A DNA stretch of 64,000 nucleotides, from NCBI GenBank assembly GCA_964019335.1, contig OZ025692.1:310001-374000 (forward strand). Direction: 5' to 3'. Both the position numbers and the translations under genes were made by a program. Each line of letters starts with the position of its first letter. The stretch's first letter is position 1. Source of the DNA: Diplonema japonicum (lineage: Eukaryota; Protista; Euglenozoa: Diplonemea). Shown piece after piece: positions 35,971 through 49,245 of this stretch. The notes below the pieces were generated by a model. It was not told where the DNA came from and searched no databases. It worked only from the letters and a program-made list of their open reading frames with translations.

Positions 35971-38412
35971 TTTTTTTTTTGAAAAACAAGAATTAAAAAA
36001 AAGTGGGGGGTGGAAATTGGACCCCCTTTTAAAGGCCTATAAAAAATTGTTGGAAAATAAAACACGTTAATTTCATATAACCTAAGACGGTATTTAAAAA
36101 AAAAAATACTTGAAGGGTATGGAGCGCAAAACCCCATTGATGTCGTTCTATAAAGTGGGTTTTTTTTGGGGGTCAAAAGAAGCCAGTAAAACCTGGCTGT
36201 TTGTGTGAAGTATGCATCTAAAAAAAAAAAAGAAAAAAAAAAAAGAAAAGAGGCTCGTTATAAATCCCCGTTAGTAGAATTCATAGACTAGTGGTAGTTT
36301 CCTGAGGTTTTTTTTCTTTTTTTTAACCAACCTGGTGCTGTTGGTTAAATTTCTTTTTTTTTTCTTCTTTCTGTTTCTTTTTTTTTTTTTTGTTTCTTAT
36401 AGGTTACGATGGGGAGGGGCGAAGAAAAAAAAAAAAAAAAAAAAAAGAGAATCAAAAATATGAGTTAAAGGAGGTCGTTCTGCGACGCCCATCAAAATTA
36501 GATTTCTTTTGCATTTTTTTTTTTTTTTTTTTTTTAAACTACCGCCTAGAGAAAAAAAAAAAGAAGAAAAAAAAACTTTTTACCCGTACTTTTCCTGGGT
36601 TCCATTGTTTCATCGCTGGCCCTCGATGGTAGATGTGGGACCTCAAGGAAATAAAAAAAAAAAACGGGCAAAAAGGGTTTAGAGGGGTTTTGGGGCAAGA
36701 AATGAAAAAAAAAGAACCTCCCCTCCAGAATTAAAACAAATACATCAACACACATTACTATCATTCTTTTCTCTCCATAAAGGGGGGGGGGGGGGGGGGA
36801 GGCAAGATTCTTTTCCCGAGAAATTTAGTTTTTTCTCCTTTTTTTGTTTTTTTTTTTCCTTCTTTTTTTCCACTCATTGTCTTTTTTTACGATTTCTTTT
36901 TCCCCTTCCTCGTTTTTTTTTTCTTTTTTTTTTCTTCCTGATGCCACCCCACTTCAATAGCCTATGTGGCAAAGGAAGCAGAATGGCTCACAAGAAGAAA
37001 AAAAAAAAAGAAAGAAAAAAAAAAACAGACAATCAATCTGGGGAGAAATGCATAAAAGCGACCCGGAATAGGAAAAATAAGAACAAGAAAAAAAAAAGAA
37101 ACGAAAAGAAAAAAGGGCGGAGTGCATTAAGCAGTGTAGCAATGGTGTCGCCAGTTTCCCTCTCCTTCTTTTTGCATTGGAAAAAAAAAAATTTTTTTTT
37201 CAAATTAAAAAATATGACCACAGTGAGAAGAGAGCTTCAGAAGGATCAACAAAAAAAAAAATTGAAAACCATGATGATACATGGAAAATACAAAAAAAAA
37301 AAGAGAGAAAATAAAAAGGAGGGGGGCAAAAAAAATTAGATAGATCCCTTCCTCTCTTTATTTTTATCCCCCTCTTTTTGTTGTATTCCTTGTAAGTAGG
37401 GTTCTTTTTTTTTTTCTTCTTTTTTCTCTTTTTTTTATACATACTGTAAATCTCTCAATTCTGTTGGCTTGAGGGGGGGAAAAAAAGATGAAACTTCTGA
37501 CGAGAGTCTCCGCGAAATGCGGGGCTCGGGTTTTTTTCTTTTTTTTCTTTTTTTTTTTTCCCTCCCAGAAATGCAACGGATATAAATTGAGATATTACAG
37601 TGACCTTCTTTTATGCAACTCTTCTTTTCGTTCCTAATATAATAATATACCCATAGAAAACCAAGTAAATAAAACCAAGTAAATAAAAGAAAAAAAAAGA
37701 AAAAGAAAAACGGCGTAGCAAGGTGCGGGCGTAACGGGTGAAGAAAAATCAGATGCCTGACAGATGAAAAGGGTCGGTCATTGCTTAACTGGGTTCTGTC
37801 ACGGATCCAAAAGCTTAGATGGAGGAGTTGAACATGCAACTGGTTTTGCCTCAGTTTTTTTTTTTTTTTTTTTTTTTCATTTTATTAAAAATCATAAGCA
37901 CTGTCAGCAGGAGTCGTCATAAAACCGATTAGCAACAAAGCGGAAATGCAGATTTTTTTTTTTTATTTTTATTTTTTTTTTTTTTATAAAGCTGGACAAA
38001 CAACGTAGGGGAAAAAAAAAAAAGAGAAAAAAAAAAGAAAAAGAAAAAAACTATTCAACGAGAATGAACCGAGTACCTTTATTGACTCAGCTGCATCTGG
38101 GGGCAGTCCAGAGGAAAAGAAAAGGTCTCGGTAATCACCCCACGATCTCCTGATGACCTCGGCTTATGTAGAAGAAAAAAAAAGGGGGGGGGAAGGAAAT
38201 CAGTCTCTGGAAGAACAATTTTCGACTTTGATTTTTTTTTAATAATAAGAACTAAATAGTAGGTAGTGGTAGTGGTAGTGGGAGGGGGGGGGGGGGGGGG
38301 GAGAGGGGCGGTAGGCACAAGTAGTAGAAAAGAAACGAACAACTTGTGGAGATTCACACCATTTTTTCTTTTTTAAAAAGACTATTAGACCCTATTTCTA
38401 CTTACAGTGTCC

Positions 38413-38443
<31 letters not shown>

Positions 38444-38801
38444 CGCGTGTTCATTTCTTTAAAAAAAAAATAATGATAACAAGAAGAGAATGAAAAATAG
38501 GGGGGGGGGCGGGGCGTGTGTACCTATTCAGAGCATAGCAGTAAAAGACAACTGTGCTAGTGAAATAATGGTTATGCTTGGCGAAGCCATTTCTTTTTTT
38601 TTTTCAAGCTTCTGAATAGGTTCAACAAAGAGGAAAAAAGGGGTGAAAAAAAAGAGCAGAAATTCACTTCGATGGGGGGGAGGGAGGCGATGGCAACAGA
38701 GGGAAATAAAAAAAATAAAAAAAAGATCAGGGGCTAAATAGGCCGCCTTTCTTTCCTTTCGATTCTTTTCTTTCAATTTCAATGTTTCTTTCTTCCCTTT
38801 A

Positions 38802-38837
<36 letters not shown>

Positions 38838-39400
38838 CCCCAGTCTGCAGGGGAGGGAGGTCGATTTTTTGCCTACGATAATTTCTTATTCCGAAAAATA
38901 TCCTCCCTCTTTTTCTTCCTCTGCATAGACATAAATGGAATCATCGAAGCCACATAGAAATGGGATACGCGAAAAAAAAAAAAAATATATGAGTTAAAGG
39001 AGGCCGGTGTTGGCGGCGCCCTGCACAAGAACTGTCTACTTGATTACAGGGGGCGCACCGCGGCCGAGTTGTAGCTTCTTCTGCGTTCCGCGTCGTGTCC
39101 TTAATGCGTGCGGTGTACAGCTCAACCCCAGCCGGTGCGTCCCGGGTAACCAAGATTCTGCGCTCGTGCAGTTTGCTGCCTGTTCGTCACCCTGAGCATC
39201 TGCATTATGTTCTTCCACTCGGGCGCTACCGGTGATGACCGACGAAGAGGTCAACAGCGAACAACACATCTGATGTACTTCTTATATTTCCATGTTATCC
39301 CCACCACCTGAAAAAAAAAAAAAAAAAACCAAAAAAGATAATTTTTTTTTTGACCATTGCTTGCGAAAAGCTGCTGTTTCCGTTTTTTTCTTTTTCGCGC

Positions 39401-39431
<31 letters not shown>

Positions 39432-39876
39432 TTTTTTTTTTCGTCTTCCCTTTCAGCCAAATCCGCCTTTCCCTTTTCAGCAAAACATGCGCATTCTGGG
39501 TGCCTGCAGGAATGGACGAAATAAAAAAAAAAAAATCTTCAGAGTTGTTTTCAGCACACCGAGGTGAAATAACTAAGATTTTCTAACGGCAGTTTATGTG
39601 CGCCTTAATGTGCATTAGGTTAAAAGAAATGGGGGGGGGGGGGATATTGGAGGGAGAAAACGGACAAAGGGGGACACTATTTTCCCTCCTCATATTGCGG
39701 GAGTGCAAACAAAAAACAAAAAAGGAGACTTGGAGATAAAGCGAAGACGAAGACGCACCCAGCGGCTTAAACTAATGGGGAACAAAAAACCCCCCCCCTT
39801 TTTAATATTTTTTTTCTTTTCTTTTCCTCCTTCTTTGCAACACTTATTAAAAAGTGCGCGCAAAAATCGCTCTTGG

Positions 39877-39915
<39 letters not shown>

Positions 39916-41720
39916 GGGACGAGCGGAGCTGGGAGAAAAAAAAAAAGAAGTTTTCTTTTTTTTTTTGAGGGAGGGGGCGGCAGGCGAAAGGAAGAATGGA
40001 GAAAAGGAAGGCAGAAACGAAGAGCTTGCGTGCAACCACCAAACCAAGCAATCGTTGGGACCACCATCTTTCATGTGCTGTATCACTCCCTTTAGTGAAG
40101 CTTTTTTTTTTTTTTTTGTTCTCGCAAAAAATGGAGCAGGTGTCCATACTTCTTGTTTAGGGGGGAGGGGGAGAATACTCAACAAGAAAGAGATTTCCTG
40201 CCAAGTCACGTTGTTCAGAAAGGAGGGTAAAGAACTAGGTGTCTTCATCTTTCTGGTTACACAGCCCATGCACGCAAAAAGAAAAAAAAGGGAGGGGAAG
40301 AGAGAGGGGGGGTGGGGTGAAAACTATTGTGTACAGAGACAAAACTGCTTTTCCCTCCCTTTTGTATTCCCTTTTAATTCCTCTTCTCCTTTCCTTTTTC
40401 TTTTTTTTTTTAAAAAAAAAAAAGGGAAAATTTATTCTTTTTTTTCCTTCACTTCCCCTCAACCCAGAGGAGAGCGGAGCGAAGAAGAAAAAAAAAATAT
40501 TTGTACAAAATCATCCGGCAATGTAAAGACTATGACTTCCTTTTTTTTTTGTTTGTTCTGTGAACCTTTGAACCCCCGCTTTTCTATTTTCCTCCATTTT
40601 TACAAAAAAACAGATAAAAAAAGGAGAAACAAAAAAAAAAAAACAAAAAAACAAAAAAACGGGGGGGAAAAAAAAAAAGAAGGGGTTTTCTTTTTTTTTT
40701 CTTTTGGTAAATATTACTACAATACCACAGCCTGTAGCAATTCCTTCCCCTCCCCCCCATTTTTTCTTTTTAATTTGCCATTTCCCTTATTAGTGATACG
40801 AAAAGAAAAAAGAAAAAATAATTTATAGTATTAATGCATTTCTCCTGATTACCCCCCCCCCCCCTTCCACCTCCATTCACTTTATTGTTTTCGTTCCACT
40901 CACGAGTTGTTTGCGTGTTTTGTTCTCCTTTTTTTTCTGGCGTAACATTCTGCTGCACGCGGCACGCAAATGAAATATTAAGCACAAAAGTCCTTTTTTT
41001 GCCGACGCTCGCTAAAGGGCCTTGCCCCCCCCCCCCCCCCCCCCCCCCCCAACAAAGCAAGAATTGAATCACTTATCTCACAAAAAATTTAAATTTTTTC
41101 CAAAAAAAAAAAAAAAAAAAAAAAAACGAAGAAAGAAAAGGGGGCGATAAGAGGGAGAAAAATCCGAAAAAAAAAAAAAATATAAAATAGATATAAAGAA
41201 AATAGTCGGTTTTAAAGTAGAGGAAGAGAGAAGGGAGAGAGAAAGAAAGAAAGAGAGAGAGGGAGAGAGAGAAAAGATGGCTTGGAGGGTGGAAAGAAGG
41301 GATAAATGCTCTAAAAGGGGGCGGGTTGTTCCATTTCTTTTTTTTTTTCTTCCATCCCCTCAGTTGATTGCATTGGCAGTGGCAGGGGAGGGGGACTGCC
41401 ATTTTCTCTTTTTGGTTTTTTGGATTAAAAAATATAGGACGGGGTAGGGGGAATAACTTTTGGACCATCATATCTCGCTCTCCCTCTGTTCCTCTCTTTC
41501 ACTCTCCTTTTTAGGGGGAGGGGGAGGGGGGGGGCTTTTTTTTCCCCCCCATTTTTTTCTCCTTTCTCCCGCTAGCTCGGGGGGAGAAAAAAAATTTTTT
41601 TTCTTCTTTTTTTTACCCCCTACAATATTTCATTATCCCCCCCCCCCCCCCCCCCACACCCAATATCTTTCTACCCATTAAAGTGTTTAATGATTATTAT
41701 TTAAAAAAAAATTTTCCCCA

Positions 41721-42494
41721 TCACACAGCACACTGCGCGTTTTCATAAAACTCTGCAGCTAGCATCCTTGCATCTAACAGCTTCTGCTTCATCGAGACGC
41801 GGGACTCTGTGGAGTGGGTGGGTGAAGACCTGGATAGGAGGGGAGTGCTTAACAAAGCGCCCCAATTAGCATAAAGCCGCTCGTGTTGCGGGATATGCCT
41901 CGCAAAGTTTTGCTGCACATTCTTGATGTGGGAGTGTGTAACCGAAAGGTTACCCGAGAGAAGGTTCGTGAGGACCGAGTGCATTTCCTCCATGTCGCCT
42001 TGAGTCACACCTCCTGCTGTGCACAAAGATTTACTGAGCTCCCGGTCTGTTGACGCTGCATAACATACCAGCACTACTCGGTGAACATTCCATGGGGTAA
42101 GGGGAATAGCTCCTTCTTTACATATTCTGTCAATAAGGATGGTGGTCACCACCCAATCCCCCCCGAAGGCGTGCAAATTTTTTATGAAGGTCCATATGGT
42201 GATGGGTGGAACTGATATGCATTCAAAAACGCTCCTTTGGTCCTCCTTCTCATGGACGCCCCTTCGCCTGTTGAACTCGGAAGTTGTGGCCAGAAGCTCA
42301 GCCAGCATAGGTAGGCTGAAGTCTTTTTCATAGTCGCTTCCTTGTGTTCTGCTCCACTGCCCGCAAGTTTCGCTGGAGGAAACCGAGCTTCTTGACAGCC
42401 CTTCCAGGTCCAACCTAGGCACCCGGATAGGCAACCTTCTGTCTGAGTTATCCGAACCGTTACTCCACCTTGGAACCTGCATTTTTTGTCTCAT
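41721..42494 (-). CDS. Divergent PHO80/U-type cyclin-like protein
   Basis: SVFECISVPPITIWTFI...LIDRI...LTPWNVHRVVLV...AGGVTQGDMEEM cyclin-box pattern. Confidence 0.75.
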   Translation of the reverse strand: MRQKMQVPRWSNGSDNSDRRLPIRVPRLDLEGLSRSSVSSSETCGQWSRTQGSDYEKDFSLPMLAELLATTSEFNRRRGVHEKEDQRSVFECISVPPITIWTFIKNLHAFGGDWVVTTILIDRICKEGAIPLTPWNVHRVVLVCYAASTDRELSKSLCTAGGVTQGDMEEMHSVLTNLLSGNLSVTHSHIKNVQQNFARHIPQHERLYANWGALLSTPLLSRSSPTHSTESRVSMKQKLLDARMLAAEFYENAQCAV

Positions 42495-42979
42495 TTTTTT
42501 TTTTTTTTTTTTTAGCCCTTTTTTTTTTTTTTATTGTGGTGAAAATTTTTGGGAAAAAAAATGAAAGGGGGGGAAAAAAAGGGGGAAGAAATTAGGGGAG
42601 GGGGGGGGGGGGGGGGGGGGAGGGGAATTTTTTTGTTGCGCACTTATTGAAATAAAAAAAAATTTCCCCCCCCTCCCGTATGTAGTCCACAGGGACAGAA
42701 TAATAAAAAAAAGAAATTCAGCGCAGACTTTTTTTTTGTTGGCAGTGATCTCTCTCTCTCCCCGCCTTTTCGCTACTTTACATATTTGCCTGGCCCTTTT
42801 TTTTTTTTTTTTTTTCTTCTTTTTTAGATAACAATAGGGAGGGGATACCCGCAAACTCAGGTAAGATACAGAATCCCTTTCCACCATTCGTTCCTTCACT
42901 TTCGTTCGCCAGCTGTCATCTTTGTGCTTTTTTTTTTTTTTTTAAATCCTCCAAAAGAGGGGATCACGAAAAAAGGATT

Positions 42980-43021
<42 letters not shown>

Positions 43022-44922
43022 TAAAGAAAACAACAGGATCAGGAGAGCGAAACGAGATAAGAAAAATAAAAAAATACTATTTTTTTTTTTTAGGATTCTG
43101 GAAGAAGGGCGAAAAGAAAAGTAGGGAGGGGTGGTATATTTATTTAAAGGCGGTGTTAAAGGGCAAATCCCACTTGAGGACCACCCTTAGGGGGAGGGGT
43201 CTTTTTAAAAAGAATTTAAAAAAAAAAAGAGGAACGGATAACGGCATGGAGAGAAGGACATCATTTTTGGCCCGCGAAAAATCTGCACGAGGGGGGGAGA
43301 AAAAAAAAACGGTAAAAAAAAAAAAAAAATCGAAAGAATGCTGACTTTATTTTTATTAAGGAGGGGGGAAAGAAGCTGACCAAAAGTTCTGATGATTTCT
43401 TTTTTTTTTTTAAATATATATTACTTAATTCCTGTTTCTGCCTCTTTGGTAAGATTTTTTTTTCTTTTGCAGACTTTCATTCAATATAGGCGAAATTAGA
43501 GTTGGAAAAGCCATTCTCCTCATTTTTTTTTTCTTTTTCCCTCTCGTTTCTTGCAGTATTGTAAATACCTTATCTCAAAAACTACAAGGACGAGAGGCAA
43601 CTCGATGGGGAACAAAGGAGAACGAGCCCTTCCAGAAAATTGGGTTCATGAATGTGCTAGGTATTTCTCAAGGTGGGGGGAAGGGATGGTAGCTGCGTGG
43701 CTTAAGAAAAGGACCTTAACAAAACAGTGGTGATAAAAAAAAAAAGAATTGATCAGATAGAAAAAAAAAAAGAAAAAAATGAACGAAATAAAATACAAGT
43801 CGACCCCCAAAAGGGTCACTTTTGTACTTGCCTACAAAAAAAAAAAGAAGAAGAAAACCCTTTATTTGTGTGCAGGTTGTTTTAAAGTCAAGAGGTGCAA
43901 AAATATACAGACTTTTTTTTTTTTTAAACACCTGCAAAACAACAGCTTATTTTAGTTCAATTTAAATATTGAAACTATGGCTACTTTTTTTTTTTTTTTT
44001 TTAAATTCCTTCCCACTCAGAAAGGCAAATTCCCAAAGGCAATGCAATGCTACACCAGCTTTCACTAAACTCGTTTTTTTAAAAAATTTTCTTTTTTTTT
44101 TCCCCCTTCAAATTTCAAAAAACAAAACTAAGAAAAATACCAAAGAAAAAAAAAAAATGTTCACGTTTCTTTGATGACTTAAATACCGGGATATCTGGTC
44201 ATAAAAGAGGAGAGGACCCCACTTTTTTCAGAAGATCACGGACCTCAGTAAGGGTGTGAGTATTCGGTTTTTTTTTTTTTTTTCTTTCCCACCAGCCCTT
44301 CTTGTTTAAATCAGTTCTTTTTTTTCCCTTTTTCCTCCCCCTTCATCAACATGGGTTGATACCCCCCCCCCCCCCCCCCCCCCAGCTACTTGAACGCTAT
44401 TTTTTTTGCACGATTTCACTATTAGATATTGTATTCCCTAATTGTCAAAAGTACAACAGGCAAACCCGGTACTGGGGCTGGGTGCGAAGAAAATCAACTA
44501 TGCCACCTTTGCACACACACACACACACCCTCCCTTAAATTGGGAAATCTCTTATTGCTCTATAAACGGAAAAGGGAAACAAAAAAAAAATTATGGAAAG
44601 ATAGAAGAAACAGAGTCTTTCCAGAGAGATAGGCAATAAAACAAAAAAGAAAAAAAGAGACATTTAAAAAAAAAAGAAAAAAAAGCCCTCCCCCATCGGA
44701 AACCCGCAACTTTATTCTCAGAAACCTCACAAAGCGGGAGAAGAGAAGAAGAGAATAACACACAAGAAGAATACCTTGCCAGCAGCTGCCTACCTTATGA
44801 TGGTTTTCACCCTCCCCACCGTCGTGTCTTGCGCTAGAGAAAGGGTTGTTGCCTCTTCTTCTTCTTCTTCTTCTTTTTTTTTTTTTTTTTTTTTTTGTTT
44901 GGAGGGTGGAATTACATTCTCA

Positions 44923-44975
<53 letters not shown>

Positions 44976-45068
44976 CAAAGGGAAAGATGTCAAGATCACT
45001 TTGTCAGCACTAAAAGTTCTTTTTTATGCAAAAAAAAGAGGGAAAAAGAGGCAAGAAAAAAAGAGGGG

Positions 45069-45110
<42 letters not shown>

Positions 45111-46290
45111 GAAAGAAGAGAAGAAGACGACGAAGAAAGGCGCAACTTTACTTATGGTTGTTTTATTCTCTTTCATTCGTTCGCCTCGCTCTCCTTGAGT
45201 GGGGAAGGAAGGAGGGAGGAGGAACAGGGACTGAACGTACCACCTTTAGGTGGTCAAACGTCAAATAAAAAATCTTTTTTTAAAAAAAAAAAACCAAAAA
45301 AGAAAAATTGATACTTACATTAACAGCTGTGTTTCTGGAACCAGTTTACTTTGCGTTTGCTCAAAAGGAGGGGGGAGTGGGGTGGGGGTGGACTTTTCCT
45401 TTTTTCTTTCTTTCCCATATTGCTCTTTAAAATTTTGCGGTTTTCCTTTTCTTTTCTTTTTGTCCGTGTTCCTTTTTTTTTCTCCCGATTTTACAATCTT
45501 ACGATTTACGTTCAAAGAAACCTTGATATTTTCCCGCCCGTTAGTAACTTGTGGCGGACTTTGGAGGAAAAAAAAAAAGTTCACAATAACCAGTATCTAC
45601 AGAGGGACAAACGCAAGTATTAAAAAAAAAAAAAAAAAAAAAAAAAAGGTGTGACGATAAAAGGAAGGGGAGAGGGACTAGGATTCGGTGGTACCGAAGA
45701 AAGAAAATATTTTTTTTTTCCCCTTTTTCTCCTCTTTCCTGGTTTATGAGAGAAGTGTTTGTCAACTGCCCTCCACAGCTTTCCTTTAAAGAGAGAAAAA
45801 AAATTCCTTTTTTTTTTTTTTTTTTTTTCCGCTTGCCGGAAGAAAAATAAAATAAGTTTCTACTTTTAAAGGGGCGAAAAAAACAGCATTTCACCTCAAG
45901 TATCATCACCAGATCTTCAACAGCAACAGAAAAGAATAATAAAAATATAAAAAAAAATCTCTGAAAGCAAAATACTGAGGGGGGTGCTGGAACACATCGT
46001 TCTCCTCTCCTTTTTTCTTCTTATTCTTTTTCTTTTCTTTTTTTTTTTCTACAATGGGCAAAATACCACTAAACCTGGTAGCACATGGGCTGAACACCAC
46101 ATTTTACTGACTGCAAGCAGAATTTTCAAAGCTCACTGGAAGAAAAAAAAAAAAAAAAAAGAAAAAAACTTCCCTTATGCATCGATTTGGCTGAGCACTG
46201 AGTTCATTGAATCAAGCACCAAGCTAATGAATTGTCAACAAAGAACAAAAAAAGAAGGGGAAAACATAAAAAGGAGGCTAGGAAGCAGGA

Positions 46291-46321
<31 letters not shown>

Positions 46322-46680
46322 TTACTACCAACCTGAAGAAGACAGGGAGCCAACTTTGAATAGCAGTGTTTCTGAACCCCAAGGACCTTATGACATGTAG
46401 AAAAAAAAAGCCCTCAACGGAGGGAGAGAAGAAAGAAGAAAAATAGAAGGAAAAAAAAAAAAAAGGCCATACGCGCACAAAAAAGAAGAAAGCAACGTTT
46501 TTTTTTCTTTTTTTTTTCCTTCCCCCTTCTCTCTTTTGGTTTTTTTTTTTTTTTTTTTTTTCTCTTTTTTTTTCTTAGCTCATATGGCTCATCTTCTTTG
46601 TTTTCTTTTATAGGAAAAACAACAAAATCATATTTTTTTTTTTAATTTCTCATCCCCTCCCCACCCCTTCTTCCTACATC

Positions 46681-47512
46681 TCATGCTGGGGTCAAGGGTG
46701 TGTGCACACCGCCAATCGTGCGCACTTCCTCTTCCTCTTCTTCTTCTTCTTCCTCGTCGCCTCGTTCTTCAGGAAGGCGAAGGAAGCTGTTGACTGCCTT
46801 AGGAATGTGTGGGCGAACGATTAAGGGTGACGCAATACTGTGCATAGGCCGTCCTCTCCCCATGGGCCAGGGAATGGCTTCCGGGTCAGTAGGGCACAGG
46901 GCCACCACAGGGCGTAGCATCCTTGTCTGCTCGTACTGGTTGTATGTCCCCCTTGCTGCTTCGAACCTCTTGCACTGTTCTAGCCACTCGGGGTCTTCTT
47001 CGTCTCTGTCTTTGTCTTTCTCCTTGTCACCCCCGTTGAACCTCTTCCTGATGGCCCCTAGCCCACGCATAGCTGAGTGCGATATCTTCTTTCTGTTTTT
47101 CTCTTCTTTTTCTACTAGTCCCCTTATCGTCACTGCCTCTTCGTCCTTCGGAGTCTCTACAGCGGCGCCTTCCTGCACCACCGCTGTTGGCATTGACCTC
47201 CAGTCGGCCACGCTCTTCCAGTCCCGCTCCTTGTTTGGGGTACTGGTGGTCGGTGTCTGCACCCGTGACGGCTCGCTCTCTTCCTTCACAACTTCCTGCA
47301 TGTCATCCACACGCCATGAGCTCACGTTCTTGTGTTTGTCCTTCTCCTTCGCTGCTTCCTTCTTACTCTTGCGCTCCTTCACACCCGCCGGGGCTGGGGA
47401 CAGCACAGGCGGCGTTATGCTCTGTTGTGCCACCCGGTTCAAAGGCTTCGTTGGTGTGCAGGGGTTCGAGGACGCACCACCACCACCTGTAAAACCTTGG
47501 CTCGGCTGTTGG

Positions 47513-47549
<37 letters not shown>

Positions 47550-48606
47550 GCTGCTGTGGTAAGCGCTGCGGCACCATTGCCATGAGGGACCCTTGCATCT
47601 GAACCACCTGCGCGCCTTGCGGAACGAGAACCGCCAGAGTTCCATTGGGAAGAGTTGTAACGGGAAGCTGGCTCATCTGCTGCTGCCCCACAAACTGCTG
47701 GCCGGGCACCTGCTGAACTTGCTGCTGAGATACTTGCGATACTTGAGACAGCTGCGGAGTGACCTGCTGCACCTGGTGTACCTGCTGGTACCTTTGCTGC
47801 TTCTGGTACATTGGCATTCCTATCGAGGCGTGGTGGTTCTTAGGGATCGTGCGCACCCATGACGCGTACTCCTCGATGATCTTGCTCCTGCTTACCTTTT
47901 CCTCGTTGTGCAGGTCGCGCATGGGAAGTGCTGCGATGAGCTTCATGAGCCTGTCGGCTTTAGGCTCCTCCTCTTTAGGGGGTAGTTGGGGCAGCTGGGC
48001 TTGCATTTGGTTTTGACACATGGCAGAGCCCCACATCTCACGGTCAGCGTTTTGAAGCTGGCCTGGCAGCTGGAGCTGCTGCAGCTGCTGTTGTTGGAGT
48101 TGCTGTTGGAGAAGAGGCTGCTGTTGGAGAATGGGTTGTTGCATGATTGGTTGCTGCAGAGATTGTTGGTATTGAAACTGCTGCATGGGCTGCTGGGTTT
48201 GGAATTGCTGTTGTTGCTGAGTTTGCATCAGCTGCTGCTTCAGCAGCGCCTGCTGTTGCTGCTGCTGTTTCAGTAGCTGGAACTCCTGCTCGAAGACCTC
48301 CTGGTACCCTGAGCCAGCCGGCATTGCAAATGCCTCGCCGCCCCACCCGTTTGAGGGCATCATCTGACCCCCAAGCGCCACAGTAGGCGAACCCGGTGCC
48401 AAGTGCTCACTCTCGACCTTGTGCTGCACGGCGTGACTCTTCTTCTTCGTCGTCCTCTGAGCCGGACCGCTCCCGTCCCTCAGAACCCCCCAATTCCTCT
48501 CCTTTTTAGGCCCCGTACTCCTGCTGTTGGAGGGTTCGGTGGGGGAACCAATGGCAGCACCCCAAGACCCCCTCATATCCCCCTGTGACTCATCGAGTAG
48601 CGTCAT
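46681..48606 (-). CDS. Glutamine-rich low-complexity protein, 641 aa
   Basis: Long uninterrupted ORF with polyQ tracts and a charged C-terminal half; no domain recognised. Confidence 0.8.
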
Positions 48607-48672
48607 TGGTTAGGAGGGGGAGGGGAGGGGTCGCTGTGGTGGTTTATTTTTTACCCACCCCGTTTTTCTTTT

Positions 48673-49245
48673 TATTTCACTCTTCGTCATTTTCTTCACT
48701 CACTAGGGGCCTCATAATTTAACGCGAAACGGCCATAATTTAACGCGAAAAGCTCATAATTTAACGCGAAATCGCCATAATTTAACTAGTTAAATTATGA
48801 GATTTTGGAGTTAAGTTATGGGGCTTCAGAGTGAAAAAATGGGTCTTGTCGTGGAAAAAAATGTACCCAACCCCTTGAAAAATTTTTTTGGGGACGGGGT
48901 ATTTTGACTATTTTTGGCCATTTGAGGCCATTCCAGCCCTTAAAAGTGGGAATAAGTGCTTTACTTCCCCTTTAAATGCCACGGCGAAATAGCAACCCCA
49001 TATTACCTTAGGAAAATCCCCAAAAAGGCTGACCTGCGTGAAAAAAAACAGCAGTGAAAGCAGTGAAGAGTGAGTGACTCAAATGACGAAGAGTGAAATA
49101 AAACGACTTACTTGCCGCCAAATGAGCCATTATTTAACTCTTGTTACCGTTTTTTTGCACGAGGGCCCGCAGGGCCCTCGTGCAAAAAATTCGGGAACTC
49201 GAGTTAAATAATGGCTCATAATTTGTTGGCAATAAATAGCTATTT
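48673..49245 (-). mobile_element. Non-autonomous hairpin element, family 3, 573 bp
   Basis: Minus strand starts AAATA-GCTATTTATTGCCAACAA (family 2 has GCTATTTACTGCCAACAA). Hairpin 49108-49235 has a perfect 18-bp inner stem; inverted repeat of about 35 bp at 48670-48704 and 49070-49103; 21-bp-period CATAATTTAAC repeats. Confidence 0.8.

Noticed and set aside
39231-39274. GTGATGA...CTGA resembling a C/D snoRNA
   Set aside because: Only about 42 nt long, antisense to the cluster, and no convincing terminal stem.
39690-40828. Several 120-324 aa ORFs in the gene-free region
   Set aside because: Low-complexity K/F translations of A/T runs.
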